Shown here: piece by piece, positions 1 through 10,404 of the stretch
Numbering within the stretch: the first letter of the stretch is position 1
How the letters are laid out: every line of letters starts with the position of its first letter
Source of the DNA: an uncultured Desulfobacterales bacterium
GTDB lineage: Bacteria; Desulfobacterota; Desulfobacteria; Desulfobacterales; CAJINA01
Assembly: GCA_964636125.1 (NCBI GenBank)
Contig: CAZWPX010000016.1
Coordinates: forward strand, 987 to 64,986
Reading direction: 5' to 3'
Length of the DNA stretch: 64,000 nt
Notes under the pieces: model-generated
Seen by the model: the letters and a program-made list of their open reading frames with translations, nothing else
Database searches by the model: none
What the model was told of the DNA's origin: nothing
Made by a program: the position numbers and the translations under genes

Positions 1-858
1 AGTGAGTTCAGCCGGTTGTCCCGGTCATTGAATCACATGCTGGAAAATATTGAGGCGGACAAGAAAAAACTGAAATCGACCGTCTTGTCACTCGAGAGCA
101 CCAACGCGCAGCTCAAAAAAGCCCATGCCGAGATTTTAAGGGCCGAGAAGATGGCTTCGGTTGGCCGGCTTTCCTCGGGAATTGCCCATGAAATCGGGAA
201 TCCGATCGGTATTGTGCTGGGCTATCTTGACCTGCTGCGCCAGGAAAACCTCCCCGCACAGGAGAAAGCAGATTTCATTGAGCGGGCCCTTGGCGAAATC
301 AACCGGATTAACAATATCATCAAAGAGTTGCTGGATTTCGCTCGACCTGCCAGAAATGTGAAACAGGTCGTTGCAGTCCACGCTATCCTGGAAGAAATAG
401 TGACCATGCTGCAGCAGCAGCCGATGATGAAAGACATTCAAATAGAACTCGACCTGGTAGCTGAGGCACATACCATCGTGGCCGATCCGCAACGCTTGCG
501 CCAGGTTTTTTTAAACCTGCTGATCAATGCGTCCGACGCCATCCATCAGGAACCTGCAGATGGCGGCGGCTGTATCCGGATTGAAAGTCGTAATCCGCAG
601 TCCAAAGACGGCCCGGCCACCCGCCTGCAGGTTGCTGTTGAAGACAACGGATCCGGTATTCCTGCTGAGGAACTGAAAAATATTTTTGACCCTTTCTATA
701 CGACAAAAGAGCCCGGTAAGGGAACGGGCCTGGGGCTGTCGGTCAGTTTCATGATTGTGGAAGAGACCGGGGGGACACTCAGGGCCGCGGCCCCAGCGGA
801 AAAGGGTACCCGGTTTCTGCTTAGCTTTCCCTGTAATGAAAGGAATCTGTCGGAATGA
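1..858 (+). CDS. Sensor histidine kinase, NtrB/AtoS-like (5' end outside window)
   Basis: H-box AHEIGNP, N-box QVFLNLLINA, G1 DNGSGI, F-box IFDPFYTTK, G2 GTGLGL; overlaps the next gene by ATGA. Confidence 0.92.
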   Translation, partial: SEFSRLSRSLNHMLENIEADKKKLKSTVLSLESTNAQLKKAHAEILRAEKMASVGRLSSGIAHEIGNPIGIVLGYLDLLRQENLPAQEKADFIERALGEINRINNIIKELLDFARPARNVKQVVAVHAILEEIVTMLQQQPMMKDIQIELDLVAEAHTIVADPQRLRQVFLNLLINASDAIHQEPADGGGCIRIESRNPQSKDGPATRLQVAVEDNGSGIPAEELKNIFDPFYTTKEPGKGTGLGLSVSFMIVEETGGTLRAAAPAEKGTRFLLSFPCNERNLSE

Positions 859-2258
859 GTAATCCGAAAACGCAGCCAGTGAATCAACCTTCACCGGCAC
901 TGCTGGTGATCGATGATGAACAGAACATGCGCCACATGCTGACAACCTTGCTGAAACGGTCTGGGTTTAATGTAACAGCGGCTTCCAATGGTGAAGAGGC
1001 CCTGGCTGTAGTGTCCGCATCCCATTTTGATTATATCCTTTGTGACATCAAAATGCCGAAGATGGATGGCCTCCAGTTTCTGGAACAGGCGGCGCGGTGG
1101 ATTGGCGACACCACGGTGATTATGATGTCCGCCTACGGTTCCATGGATACTGCGCTGGAAGCCATGAAAAAAGGCGCTTACGACTATATCTCCAAACCGT
1201 TCAAATCCGATGAAGTGAACCTGGTCCTGAAGAAGGCGGCCGAGCGCGAGAGGCTGAAAAAGGAGAATACCCGCCTCAAGCAAAAGATACGCACCATTGA
1301 GGAGAATTATCGTTTTGGGAACATGGTTGCCAACAGCCAGTCCATGCAAGCGGTCTTCCGGTTCGCCGAAAAAGTAGCCCGGTTTGACGCAACCGTACTG
1401 ATTACCGGTGAAAGCGGTACCGGCAAAGAATTGGTGGCCAGGGGGATTCATTTTACCGGTCCGCGGGCGCAGAAACCCTGGGTCCCGGTAAATTGTGGCG
1501 GCATCCCGGAGACTTTGATTGAGAGCGAGTTGTTCGGGCATATCAAAGGGGCTTTTACCGGGGCGGACAGGACCAGAATCGGGCTTTTCCGGGAAGCCGA
1601 TGGCGGCACCCTTTTCCTGGACGAGATCGGTGAATTGCCCGTATCTTTACAGGTGAAGCTCTTGAGGGTTCTCCAGGAAAACGAAGTGCGTCCCGTGGGC
1701 GGCAGCCGGGCAATCAAAGTGAACGTCAGGGTTGTCGCGGCCACGGCCAGAAATCTGGAAGCAGAGATAGAAAAAAAGCTTTTCCGGGAAGATCTTTTTT
1801 ACCGGATCAACGTCATGCCAATCCAACTGCCTCCGCTGCGTGAAAGGGAAGAAGACATCCCTCTGCTGACCCGGCTGTTCATAGACCGTTTCAACGAACA
1901 GTTTAAGACCGCGATCCAGGGGATTTCACCTGCAGCGATGTCGGCTCTGCTGGGGCACACCTGGCCGGGCAATGTCAGGGAGCTTGAAAACGTGATCCAG
2001 CGTGCTGTGGTCCTGGCCGAGGCGTCAGAACTTCAACCGGAACATCTTCCGGAAAGCCTGGGCGGCGGTGGTGCCGGTCGGGAATTTGCATCCGTAATAA
2101 AGGGGGATTCATTGAAAGCAGCCCGGCGGGAACTCGAGAAACTCATGATTGCCCGAGCCTTGGAAAAGACCGGTGGCAACCGCAGTCAGGCCAGCCGGAT
2201 TCTGGAGATAAGTCATCCGTCGCTGCTCAGCAAGATGAAGCAGTATGACCTCACCTAG
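855..2258 (+). CDS. Sigma54-dependent response regulator (NtrC/AtoC family)
   Basis: Receiver domain (DD..D..K), Walker A GESGTGKE, GAFTGA motif, Walker B LFLDEIGE, C-terminal Fis-type HTH. Confidence 0.95.
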   Translation: MSNPKTQPVNQPSPALLVIDDEQNMRHMLTTLLKRSGFNVTAASNGEEALAVVSASHFDYILCDIKMPKMDGLQFLEQAARWIGDTTVIMMSAYGSMDTALEAMKKGAYDYISKPFKSDEVNLVLKKAAERERLKKENTRLKQKIRTIEENYRFGNMVANSQSMQAVFRFAEKVARFDATVLITGESGTGKELVARGIHFTGPRAQKPWVPVNCGGIPETLIESELFGHIKGAFTGADRTRIGLFREADGGTLFLDEIGELPVSLQVKLLRVLQENEVRPVGGSRAIKVNVRVVAATARNLEAEIEKKLFREDLFYRINVMPIQLPPLREREEDIPLLTRLFIDRFNEQFKTAIQGISPAAMSALLGHTWPGNVRELENVIQRAVVLAEASELQPEHLPESLGGGGAGREFASVIKGDSLKAARRELEKLMIARALEKTGGNRSQASRILEISHPSLLSKMKQYDLT

Positions 2259-2402
2259 CGTCCGTCCTCAGGTGGTAGATTTTGGTTCTGGCCAAGGCCG
2301 CAGCTATTCTGACAACCGGAAGCGTAGTGATCTACGTTGAGGATTGTCAGAAGGCGAGAACGCGGGCCAGGGCCAAAATATGCCGCCTGAGGACGGATGT
2401 AG
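2255..2402. repeat. ~150 bp imperfect palindromic element, copy A
   Basis: Arms tccgtcctcaggtggtagattttgg / ccaaaatatgccgcctgaggacgga; core acaaccggaagcgtag-tgat-ctacgttgaggattgt; begins at the TAG of the response regulator. Confidence 0.85.
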
Positions 2403-2456
2403 ATCCTCTATGCCTCCGGTTCCAAAAGTGCTCAAGCCTTCAAAAGTTGATACTAT

Positions 2457-2603
2457 CTAATTTTCGTTGCCGGCTGCGGCGTTGGAATCGGGGGCGGGCG
2501 GTCGGCCGGGATCCTCGGTTTCTACCCGGGTCATAATCTTCTCAATGTTCTGCGTAATTTCGTCGATTTCAGCTTTAATTCTCAGCTCTTCAAGATCGTC
2601 CAT
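2457..2603 (-). CDS. Small hypothetical protein, 48 aa (MDDLEELRIKAEIDEITQNIEKIMTRVE...)
   Basis: Below the ORF-track cutoff; ATG preceded by GGAG; helical coiled-coil-like N-terminus; lies just downstream of the 2621-2950 ORF. Confidence 0.5.
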   Translation of the reverse strand: MDDLEELRIKAEIDEITQNIEKIMTRVETEDPGRPPAPDSNAAAGNEN

Positions 2604-2620
2604 TAATCAACTCGCTCCGG

Positions 2621-2950
2621 TCAGGGTGGATACACGCCATGTTTATAAATATAGTCAAAACAGTATTCACTGTAGTCCCCGTTTTTGTCGTTTTCGTCGG
2701 CAACAGGCTTTTCAACGGTCATTTTGTGAGTGAGCCATAGTCCCTTGGCATGCTGGTACAGCACTTTGATCAGGATTTCGGGTTCACTGGTTAGTTCACG
2801 GTTTTCCTGGATAAAACGGTCCGCAGCCTCGATAACCGCCTTGGTGTTCCGAATATATTCAGAATCATCCAGGTGGGCGTCGATCCACACCCCATGCAGT
2901 TTTTCAAGGATCGATTTGACAGATCCTTCTATGGCGCCCAAGTTATTCAT
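2621..2950 (-). CDS. Hypothetical protein (~109 aa, helical)
   Basis: ORF with protein-like composition; likely start MNNLGAIE at 2950; no motif recognised. Confidence 0.6.
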   Translation of the reverse strand: MNNLGAIEGSVKSILEKLHGVWIDAHLDDSEYIRNTKAVIEAADRFIQENRELTSEPEILIKVLYQHAKGLWLTHKMTVEKPVADENDKNGDYSEYCFDYIYKHGVYPP

Positions 2951-3291
2951 TACACACCCGATACAGTTGCTTGTCGATGGAATAATCCACATGATTCTCA
3001 GAATTTTTACTCATCATAAATAAGGATTTTAGCGGAACAAGTCAAGGTTTGAGGGAATTAAATAGCCTGGTCATCAAGCCTGGAAACCGATGTCACCCGG
3101 CCAGAAATTTACGCATACTTAAACAAAGTTAAACATAATTAGTGAAAAGGAGGCTTCTGGTTGCCTGATTGCCCATCAAGCCATCTGGATAGAGCCTGTG
3201 ATGCCCCGCTGGACATCTGCATGACTGTTAACAACCTTGTCTGCCGGCCTTGTTCCGAGACGGTGCATTGCAGCACACCTTCCTGCCCAGC

Positions 3292-3320
3292 TTGACTTAA
3301 TAGCTTGCTTGCTCTATAAA
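3292..3320 (+). promoter_or_regulatory. Putative sigma70 promoter of the LIV-like/acyl-CoA ligase operon
   Basis: TTGACT-17 bp-TATAAA, followed by the palindrome attcat-cat-atgaat (possible operator). Confidence 0.55.
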
Positions 3321-3432
3321 TAATCGGTATTCATCATATGAATGTGATAAAAATAGATGTGCTTTCATTCAGGTTTTGGCTCTCACGCTGAATCGCAGAA
3401 CAACATGCCGGGTTTTAGGGGGGTAATTGTTT

Positions 3433-4482
3433 ATGGATATGAAAAGGGATTACTACGAGGATGTTCAGTTCTTTACATCCGGCGTGGTCCTTTTCTGGTT
3501 CATTGTCCTGTTGCTGTTCCTGCTGATCTACCCCTTCATGGTGAAAAACTATCATGTTTACGTGGCCAACTATATCGCCATTAATGTTATCGTTGCCACC
3601 GGCCTGAACCTGCTGGTCGGGTACACCGGGCAGATATCGCTGGGACACGCCGGTTTTTTTGCCATCGGCTCCTACGGCACGATTATTTTGATGGCCAAAG
3701 CAGGGTTTCCGTTTGTATTGGCTCTGCCCGCAGCCGCCCTGATTGCCGCCGGATTTGGGTTTCTTCTGGGTCTGCCTTCGCTGCGGCTGGAGGGGCCCTA
3801 TCTGGCCATTGCCACCCTCGGATTCGGGTTGACCATCACCCAGGTCATTGGACGCATGGACCTGTTCGGCGGCCGGGAAGGGCTGCATGCCCCCGAGCTT
3901 ATTATCGGAGGCTGGCACCTTGACACCGATGTGGAGTTTTACTACCTGCTGATGACCTTGACCGTGTTGATGACCGTGGCCGCCCGCAACCTTGTGCGAA
4001 CCAGGGTCGGGAGAGCTTTTATTGCGATTCGGGATGCGGATATCGCCGCCGAGACTATGGGCGTCAACCTGGTCCTGTACAAGACACTCGCGTTTGCCAT
4101 CAGTGCGTTTTATGCCGGTATAGCCGGCGGGCTTTATGCGTTTGTACTGCGCTTTATTGAACCGGAAATATTTACGCTGATGATGTCCATCATGTTTCTG
4201 GCCATGGTTATCGTCGGGGGACTGGGTTCTATCATGGGGGCCGTTGCCGGGGCCTGTCTGCTTAGCTGGCTGGATCTGCAACTGCGCAACATCCTGGATA
4301 TTCCTTACCTGGGCCAATGTCTGGAAGCGCTTTCCAAATCGTGGTTTTCCATTACCGGTGTTTCAAATATCCAGTTTATTGTGTTTGGTCTGATCATGGT
4401 GCTCATCATGCTCTTTGAACCACTTGGGATCTATGGGGTGTGGATTCGGATCAAGAAGTACTGGCGGACATGGCCGTTCTAA
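3433..4482 (+). CDS. livM: Branched-chain amino acid type ABC transporter permease (LivM-like)
   Basis: GLNLLVGYTGQISLGHAGFFAIG, YLAIATLGF and GRAFIAIRD..AAETMGVN motifs. Confidence 0.9.
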   Translation: MDMKRDYYEDVQFFTSGVVLFWFIVLLLFLLIYPFMVKNYHVYVANYIAINVIVATGLNLLVGYTGQISLGHAGFFAIGSYGTIILMAKAGFPFVLALPAAALIAAGFGFLLGLPSLRLEGPYLAIATLGFGLTITQVIGRMDLFGGREGLHAPELIIGGWHLDTDVEFYYLLMTLTVLMTVAARNLVRTRVGRAFIAIRDADIAAETMGVNLVLYKTLAFAISAFYAGIAGGLYAFVLRFIEPEIFTLMMSIMFLAMVIVGGLGSIMGAVAGACLLSWLDLQLRNILDIPYLGQCLEALSKSWFSITGVSNIQFIVFGLIMVLIMLFEPLGIYGVWIRIKKYWRTWPF

Positions 4483-4565
4483 TTAGCCATTTCTGGTGAT
4501 CAGTTTCGGTAACTTTTTTTCGCGGGGTCTACTGCGTGAGGATAACGATACAGGATGCATAACGT

Positions 4566-5441
4566 ATGATCGATTTTTTCCAGATGATAGTAAGCGGTAT
4601 TGCGGTGGGTAGTTCCTACGCCCTTATGGGGCTGGCAATGGTGATTATCTACAAGACATCCGAAGTTCCCAACTTTGCCCAGGGAGAGATGGCCCTGATA
4701 TCGTCGTTTTTTGCCTATATGTTGCTCGATTCTTTTCAGGTTGCCTGGTATGCAGCCTTTTCCGGAGCGTTGCTGTTTGCACTGCTGCTTGGCTGTTTTC
4801 TCGAATTCGCAGTTCTCAGAAGGGCCAAGGAGCCCAATATTCTGGGGATGATCGTCATTACCATCGGGCTGGAAATGATTCTGCTGGGATTCGTATCCTG
4901 GAAATTCGGCGCCGATCAAAAAACCCTGCCATTTCCGATTTCTCCTTACGATGCCATGGTATTCGGCGACATATTCGTCAGCACCCTGGAGATGCTGACC
5001 CTCGTTGTAGCGCTGGTGATTATGGTGGCGCTCTTTCTTTTTTTCAGGTTTTCGCGATTGGGGCTGGCCGTGAAGGCCACCCAGCAGAACCCCATGGCGG
5101 CAAAGCTCATGGGGATCCGGACCAACCGGGTATTGATGATGACCTGGGGCATTTCATCCTGTGTGGGCTGTATTGCCGGCCTTTTAATCGCACCGACCAT
5201 CATGCATCCATACATGATGTGGGATCCTATGCTGAAAGGCTTTGCGGCAGCGGTGATGGGGGGGATGACCTCCCTGCCGGGGGCAGTTGTGGCGGCTTAC
5301 ATCCTGGGAATCATCGAGAATCTTTTCGGCGGCTATATTTCCATCGAGTTCAAGGCGGTGGTGGCTTTTGCCATTATTGTCATTATTCTCTGTTTTAAAC
5401 CAAGCGGGTTGTTTGCACGGCACCATGTGAAAAAGGTGTAG
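4566..5441 (+). CDS. livH: Branched-chain amino acid type ABC transporter permease (LivH-like)
   Basis: GSSYALMGLAMVIIYK..NFAQGE and LKGFAAAVMGG motifs. Confidence 0.9.
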   Translation: MIDFFQMIVSGIAVGSSYALMGLAMVIIYKTSEVPNFAQGEMALISSFFAYMLLDSFQVAWYAAFSGALLFALLLGCFLEFAVLRRAKEPNILGMIVITIGLEMILLGFVSWKFGADQKTLPFPISPYDAMVFGDIFVSTLEMLTLVVALVIMVALFLFFRFSRLGLAVKATQQNPMAAKLMGIRTNRVLMMTWGISSCVGCIAGLLIAPTIMHPYMMWDPMLKGFAAAVMGGMTSLPGAVVAAYILGIIENLFGGYISIEFKAVVAFAIIVIILCFKPSGLFARHHVKKV

Positions 5442-5478
5442 ACGTAGTCAAATTACATAATAGGCAAAGGAGGGGGAC

Positions 5479-6672
5479 ATGAAAAGAAGATTGCTGGTAG
5501 TTTTGCTTTCGGCCGGGATGGTGTTTTTCGGGCTCATTCCCGGTGCAGTCGCTGAAGAGGGGGTGACGGACACGGAGATCCATATCGGGCAATGGGGACC
5601 GCAGACCGGGCCTGCAGCTGCCTGGGGCTCCGTGGCGCGCGGAACCGACGCCTATTTCAAAATGATTAATGCCGGCGGGGGGATCAACGGCCGTAAACTT
5701 GTTCACCACATGTTTGACGACGGCTACAACCCGGCTAAGACCAAGGCCGGTGTCAAGGAACTCCAGGAAGGAACCGGTATTTTTGCGTGGGTATCCGGTG
5801 TGGGAACCTCTCCGGGGCTTGCGGTGAAAGAGTATCTCATGGACCGGAAGATACCCTGGGTCGGTCCATCGGCCGGCTCAATGCATTGGATTACCCCGCC
5901 CCAGAAGTATCTTTTTGCAGTCTATCCCCTGTATTACACTGAAGCCAAATCCCTGGTGCGGTACGCGGTGGAAAAGATGGGTAAAAAGAGAGTGGCGATC
6001 GCCTATCAGAATGACGAATACGGAAAGAACGGCCTGCGGGGCGCAATCGAAGAACTTGCGGCACACAATCTTAAACCTGTGGTGCAGGTGCCGGTGGAGG
6101 TCAAGGACACCGACGTGAAACCGCACGTTATGAAACTGCGTAAATCCAAAGCCGATATGGTCCTGCTCTGGACCAGCGTCGGGCATGCGGTGCGCATTGT
6201 CGGTACCAGCAAGGCCATGAAGTTTGCACCCCAGTTCATGAGCACCAGTACCTGCTCTGACTTTCCGCTAATGATTCATATATCTAAGGGGCTCTGGGAG
6301 GGTGTGATTTGCGCGACCTTCGGGGAACTCCCTGATTCTGATGACCCATTATTACAACACTATAAGGCGAATGCCTACGGAAAGTTCGCTGCTCCGAAGG
6401 AAAGGTGGGGGCTCTTTTATTACGCCGGGATTTTATTTGCGGAACCGCTGGTGGAAGCGATCAAGAGGTGCGGAAAAGATCTGACCCGGGAACGACTGGT
6501 CACTGAACTGGAGGGTCTGAAAAACTTTAAAGGCGTCGGTCCGGTGGTGAATTACAAACCCTTTGATCCCGGGGATCCGGCCAGCCGCCAGGGGACGAAT
6601 ACCTCCTTCCTCGTTCAGTGCCTGAAAGGCGGCAAGGCCAAGAAACTGACTGGTTGGACGATTACCCGGTAA
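5479..6672 (+). CDS. ABC transporter substrate-binding protein (LivK/periplasmic binding type 1)
   Basis: Signal peptide; GVTDTEIHIG..PQTGPAA, INAGGGINGRKL and DDGYNPAKT motifs. Confidence 0.9.
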   Translation: MKRRLLVVLLSAGMVFFGLIPGAVAEEGVTDTEIHIGQWGPQTGPAAAWGSVARGTDAYFKMINAGGGINGRKLVHHMFDDGYNPAKTKAGVKELQEGTGIFAWVSGVGTSPGLAVKEYLMDRKIPWVGPSAGSMHWITPPQKYLFAVYPLYYTEAKSLVRYAVEKMGKKRVAIAYQNDEYGKNGLRGAIEELAAHNLKPVVQVPVEVKDTDVKPHVMKLRKSKADMVLLWTSVGHAVRIVGTSKAMKFAPQFMSTSTCSDFPLMIHISKGLWEGVICATFGELPDSDDPLLQHYKANAYGKFAAPKERWGLFYYAGILFAEPLVEAIKRCGKDLTRERLVTELEGLKNFKGVGPVVNYKPFDPGDPASRQGTNTSFLVQCLKGGKAKKLTGWTITR

Positions 6673-7460
6673 TGGAGGTTTTTTTCCAGATAGAGCGATT
6701 GTCCATATCTTTCGGAGGGCTTAAGGCTCTGGACAAGATAGGGCTGACGGTGGACAAAGGCGAAATTGTTGCGGTGATCGGTCCCAATGGGGCGGGGAAA
6801 ACCACCCTGTTCAACTGCATCAGTGGGCTGTATCGCCCTGACCGGGGGGCTATCCTTTTCAAGGGGGCCCGGCTGCAGAAGAAAAAGCCCGATTGCATTG
6901 CCCGCCTGGGGATTGCCCGGACTTTTCAGAATATAGAGCTTTTCGCCCACATGAATACTATGGAAAACATCATGCTCGGCCGGCATATCTTTATGCAGAC
7001 CGGTTTGCTGCACGGGGTGTTTTTGTGGGGCCGGCACTCCTTTGCCGGCCGGGAAGAGGTGCTCCACCGACGGAAAGTCGAAGAAATTATCGATTTTCTG
7101 GACCTTCAGGCCGTGCGCAACAAACCGGTCGGGGCCCTGCCGTATGGAACCCAGAAGCTCATCGAACTGGGCAGGGCCCTGGCCCTGGAACCGGAACTTC
7201 TTCTCCTGGATGAGCCCTGTGCCGGGATGAATACCGAAGAAAAGCAGGACATGATTTTCTGGGTCAAGGACATCCAGGAGGAACTGGGTGTCACAATTCT
7301 TTTGATCGAGCATGACATGAACATGGTCATGGATATTTCTGACCGGATTCTGGTAATTAATTTCGGGCGGCCCATTGTAACCGGATATCCGGACCAGGTC
7401 CGGAACCATCCCGAGGTTTTAGAGGCGTATCTGGGGACTGAGGGGGGGCAGGATCAATAA
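6672..7460 (+). CDS. livG: ABC transporter ATP-binding protein (LivG-like)
   Basis: GPNGAGKTT, ARTFQN, LPYG, LLLLDEP, IEHDM; TAATG coupling with the upstream gene. Confidence 0.92.
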   Translation: MEVFFQIERLSISFGGLKALDKIGLTVDKGEIVAVIGPNGAGKTTLFNCISGLYRPDRGAILFKGARLQKKKPDCIARLGIARTFQNIELFAHMNTMENIMLGRHIFMQTGLLHGVFLWGRHSFAGREEVLHRRKVEEIIDFLDLQAVRNKPVGALPYGTQKLIELGRALALEPELLLLDEPCAGMNTEEKQDMIFWVKDIQEELGVTILLIEHDMNMVMDISDRILVINFGRPIVTGYPDQVRNHPEVLEAYLGTEGGQDQ

Positions 7461-7461
7461 A

Positions 7462-7594
7462 GAATTCCAATTTCCAACAAAAAATGTCCAATGTCCAGGT
7501 AAGGTAGCACTATCCGCTGCTGATTGCTGAAAAATCAGATTGGCAGGATACCCTAATTGAACATTCGAAATTGGATATTGGGCATTGGATATTC
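7462..7594. repeat. Inverted heptamer-array element (TCCAATN)n ... (ATTGGAT)n
   Basis: ttccaatttccaac..tgtccaatgtccag on the left; ttcgaaattggatattgggcattggatattc on the right. Confidence 0.7.
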
Positions 7595-7632
7595 GGTTTT
7601 TACTCTGTTTTACGGGTATATTGGAGTAATCT

Positions 7633-8409
7633 TTGGAAGCGTTGCTTGAAATCAAGAACATCGAAACCTACTATGACCTGGTTTGTGCGGTCAGGGGGGT
7701 GTCCCTGGCTGTAGAGGAAGGCACCATTACGACGATTCTCGGCAATAACGGCGCCGGCAAATCGACGATCTTGAAAACCGTCATGGGCCTGATAGAAGAC
7801 CAGCCGGACAAAGGGGTCATAACCTTTGCAGGTCAAAGAATTGATGGGCAGGACACCGAAGAGATCGTCCGCCAGGGGATCTCTTTTGTTCCCGAGGGAC
7901 GGGAAGTATTTGAAGAACTGACTGTTCGGGAAAACCTGCTGATGGGCGCCTATACGCGTAGCGATCGGGATGGGGTCGAAAAAGATTTTGACCGGGTCTA
8001 TACCTATTTCCCGATGCTCAAGCAAAGGTCGCACCAATGGGCGGGAACCCTGTCAGGGGGGGAGCAGCAGATGCTGGCTATCGGCCGGGCCCTGATGAGC
8101 CGGCCACGGCTGCTTTTTCTGGATGAGCCGTCCCTGGGATTGTCCCCTATTCTGGTGAAGGAGATATTTGGCATTATCAAGACCATAAACCGCGAGGATG
8201 TCACCATCCTGCTGGTCGAGCAGAATGCCCGAATGGCCCTGTCGATTTCACATTCCGGTTTGATCCTGGAAAACGGCCGTTTCGTCATGAAAGGCCGGGC
8301 CGAAGAACTTATCGCGGATAAGGACGTGCAGGAGTTCTATATGGGGGTGCGATCGGAAACATCCGCCAAGGGTTATCAGCGGTGGAAGAGGAAAAAAGTG
8401 TGGCGGTAG
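7633..8409 (+). CDS. livF: ABC transporter ATP-binding protein (LivF-like)
   Basis: GNNGAGKST, VPEGREVF, LSGGEQQMLAIGRAL, LDEPSLGL. Confidence 0.92.
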   Translation: MEALLEIKNIETYYDLVCAVRGVSLAVEEGTITTILGNNGAGKSTILKTVMGLIEDQPDKGVITFAGQRIDGQDTEEIVRQGISFVPEGREVFEELTVRENLLMGAYTRSDRDGVEKDFDRVYTYFPMLKQRSHQWAGTLSGGEQQMLAIGRALMSRPRLLFLDEPSLGLSPILVKEIFGIIKTINREDVTILLVEQNARMALSISHSGLILENGRFVMKGRAEELIADKDVQEFYMGVRSETSAKGYQRWKRKKVWR

Positions 8410-10226
8410 AGTCGACAATACAAAATCCGGCGACCGAAACGACCCCCGGGGTCCTGCTGGATACGGTCAGGCGATTCGGTGAGAAGGTGGCCCTGCGGAA
8501 AAAGGAATTCGGCCTGTGGCATGACATTCGGTGGGCGGATTATTATCGCCAGGTGCGGTATGTCGGTCAGGCCCTGATTACCCTGGGACTTGAAAAGGGC
8601 GATTGTGTTTCCATTATCGGCGATAATTGTCATCAGTGGGTCATGGCGGATCTTGGAATCCAGTGCGCCGGAGGGGTGTCGGTGGGGATCTATGCCACCA
8701 ACGCCTGGCAGCAGGTTGAATACGTGGTTGACCATTCGGACTCCGGGATCCTGTTTGTCGAGAACGAGGAGCAGCTCGATAAGTGGCTGAAGTTTCGAGA
8801 CCGGGCCGTAAACCTGCGCAAAGTGATTGTCTGGGACACCGAGGGACTGCGGCGCTTTTCAGACCCCGCGGTCCTGACGTTTGACCAGCTTGTGGAGATA
8901 GGGCAGAAGGTCGATGACCGGAATCCACAGACTTTGGATGACCGCATGCAGGCGTTGGGACCGGAGGACCTGTGTGTCCTTATTTATACTTCCGGAACCA
9001 CCGGACCGCCTAAAGGCGCCATGCTAACCCACCGCAATGTTACCTGGATGGCCCGGGCTGTCAGTGGGGCCAACGCGATCCATGCAACGGATGAAGTGCT
9101 TTCATTTTTACCGCTTTGCCATATCTTCGAACGCCTCTTTTCGGTATTTATCCATATTACCTATGCCTATACAGTAAATTTCGTGGAGAAACCGGACACC
9201 GTCACCGACAACATGATAGAAATTTCACCCACGGTGGGCTACGCGGTGCCCCGGATATGGGAGAAGTATTACTCTGCAATTATGATCAAAATGACGGATG
9301 CGACCTGGTTTAAACGTATGGTTTTCAAGGCTGCCTTGAAAATTGGGCAGGAAAGGGCCCGGCTGGTGATGAACTTTAAGCCGGTTCCCCGACAGGTTGC
9401 CTTTTTATGCGCACTGGCCCGTTTCACGGTTTTCAGAAAGCTCAAGGAACGACTGGGGTTTGAAAGAATCCGGGTGGCATATTCCGGGGCCGCCCCAATT
9501 TCCGGGGATGTTCTGACATTCTTCCAGTCGATCGGCATAAACCTGATCGAGGGGTACGGGCAGACCGAAGGGACCGGGGTGACCACCCTCTCGCCGGATG
9601 GCCGGGTAAAGTTCGGGACCGTGGGACAACCGCTGCCCGATACCCGGCTCAAAATCGCAGAGGACGGTGAAATTCTGGTGAAATCTCCCGGCGTCTTCAA
9701 GGGCTATTTTAAAAATCCGGACGGAACCAGGGATACGATCCGGGACGGCTGGTTGCAGACCGGCGATATCGGTACATTGGACCCTGGCGGCTATCTGACT
9801 ATTACTGACCGGAAAAAGGATATTATCGTTACCGCGGGTGGCAAAAATATTACCCCGCAGTATATCGAAAACAAACTCAAAGCCAGTCTTTATATCAACG
9901 ATGCCGTCGTTATCGGCGACCGGCGCAAGTTCTTGTCCTGCCTGGTCATGATCGATGAAGACAATATCGTCAAGTTTGCCCAGGATAACAAGATCCAGTT
10001 TTCAACCTACCGGGACCTGACCGCCAGCCCGGAAGTGATTGAAAGAATTCAGGAGGAGGTCAACCAGGTGAATGCGACCCTGGCCCGTGTGGAAAACATT
10101 CGCAAATTCATCATCCTGCCAAAAAAACTCTACGAGGAAGACGGGGAAGTCACACCGACAATGAAGGTCAAGCGGAAGTTCGTGAATGAGGCGTTCAGTG
10201 ATTTAATAGAAGCCATGTATACATAG
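8400..10226 (+). CDS. Long-chain fatty acid--CoA ligase (AMP-binding)
   Basis: YTSGTTGPPKG, EGYGQTE, GWLQTGDIG, DRKKD and TPTMKVKR motifs; the start could be GTG 8382 or 8400. Confidence 0.92.
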   Translation: MAVESTIQNPATETTPGVLLDTVRRFGEKVALRKKEFGLWHDIRWADYYRQVRYVGQALITLGLEKGDCVSIIGDNCHQWVMADLGIQCAGGVSVGIYATNAWQQVEYVVDHSDSGILFVENEEQLDKWLKFRDRAVNLRKVIVWDTEGLRRFSDPAVLTFDQLVEIGQKVDDRNPQTLDDRMQALGPEDLCVLIYTSGTTGPPKGAMLTHRNVTWMARAVSGANAIHATDEVLSFLPLCHIFERLFSVFIHITYAYTVNFVEKPDTVTDNMIEISPTVGYAVPRIWEKYYSAIMIKMTDATWFKRMVFKAALKIGQERARLVMNFKPVPRQVAFLCALARFTVFRKLKERLGFERIRVAYSGAAPISGDVLTFFQSIGINLIEGYGQTEGTGVTTLSPDGRVKFGTVGQPLPDTRLKIAEDGEILVKSPGVFKGYFKNPDGTRDTIRDGWLQTGDIGTLDPGGYLTITDRKKDIIVTAGGKNITPQYIENKLKASLYINDAVVIGDRRKFLSCLVMIDEDNIVKFAQDNKIQFSTYRDLTASPEVIERIQEEVNQVNATLARVENIRKFIILPKKLYEEDGEVTPTMKVKRKFVNEAFSDLIEAMYT

Positions 10227-10404
10227 GGTGTTTAGGAGCCCTGACTGGTTCCGTCTCCGGTCTGTGTGTAGCGAATTACCTGTGATATCATATCTCAACA
10301 CCGGCCCCTTGCTCCCCAGAGACGAAGACCGGATTTCCCTCCGGTAATCTTGAAGGCGGGTTTGAAATGTACGCGGACATCGAGAGGAAAGGAAGAGTCT
10401 CCAT

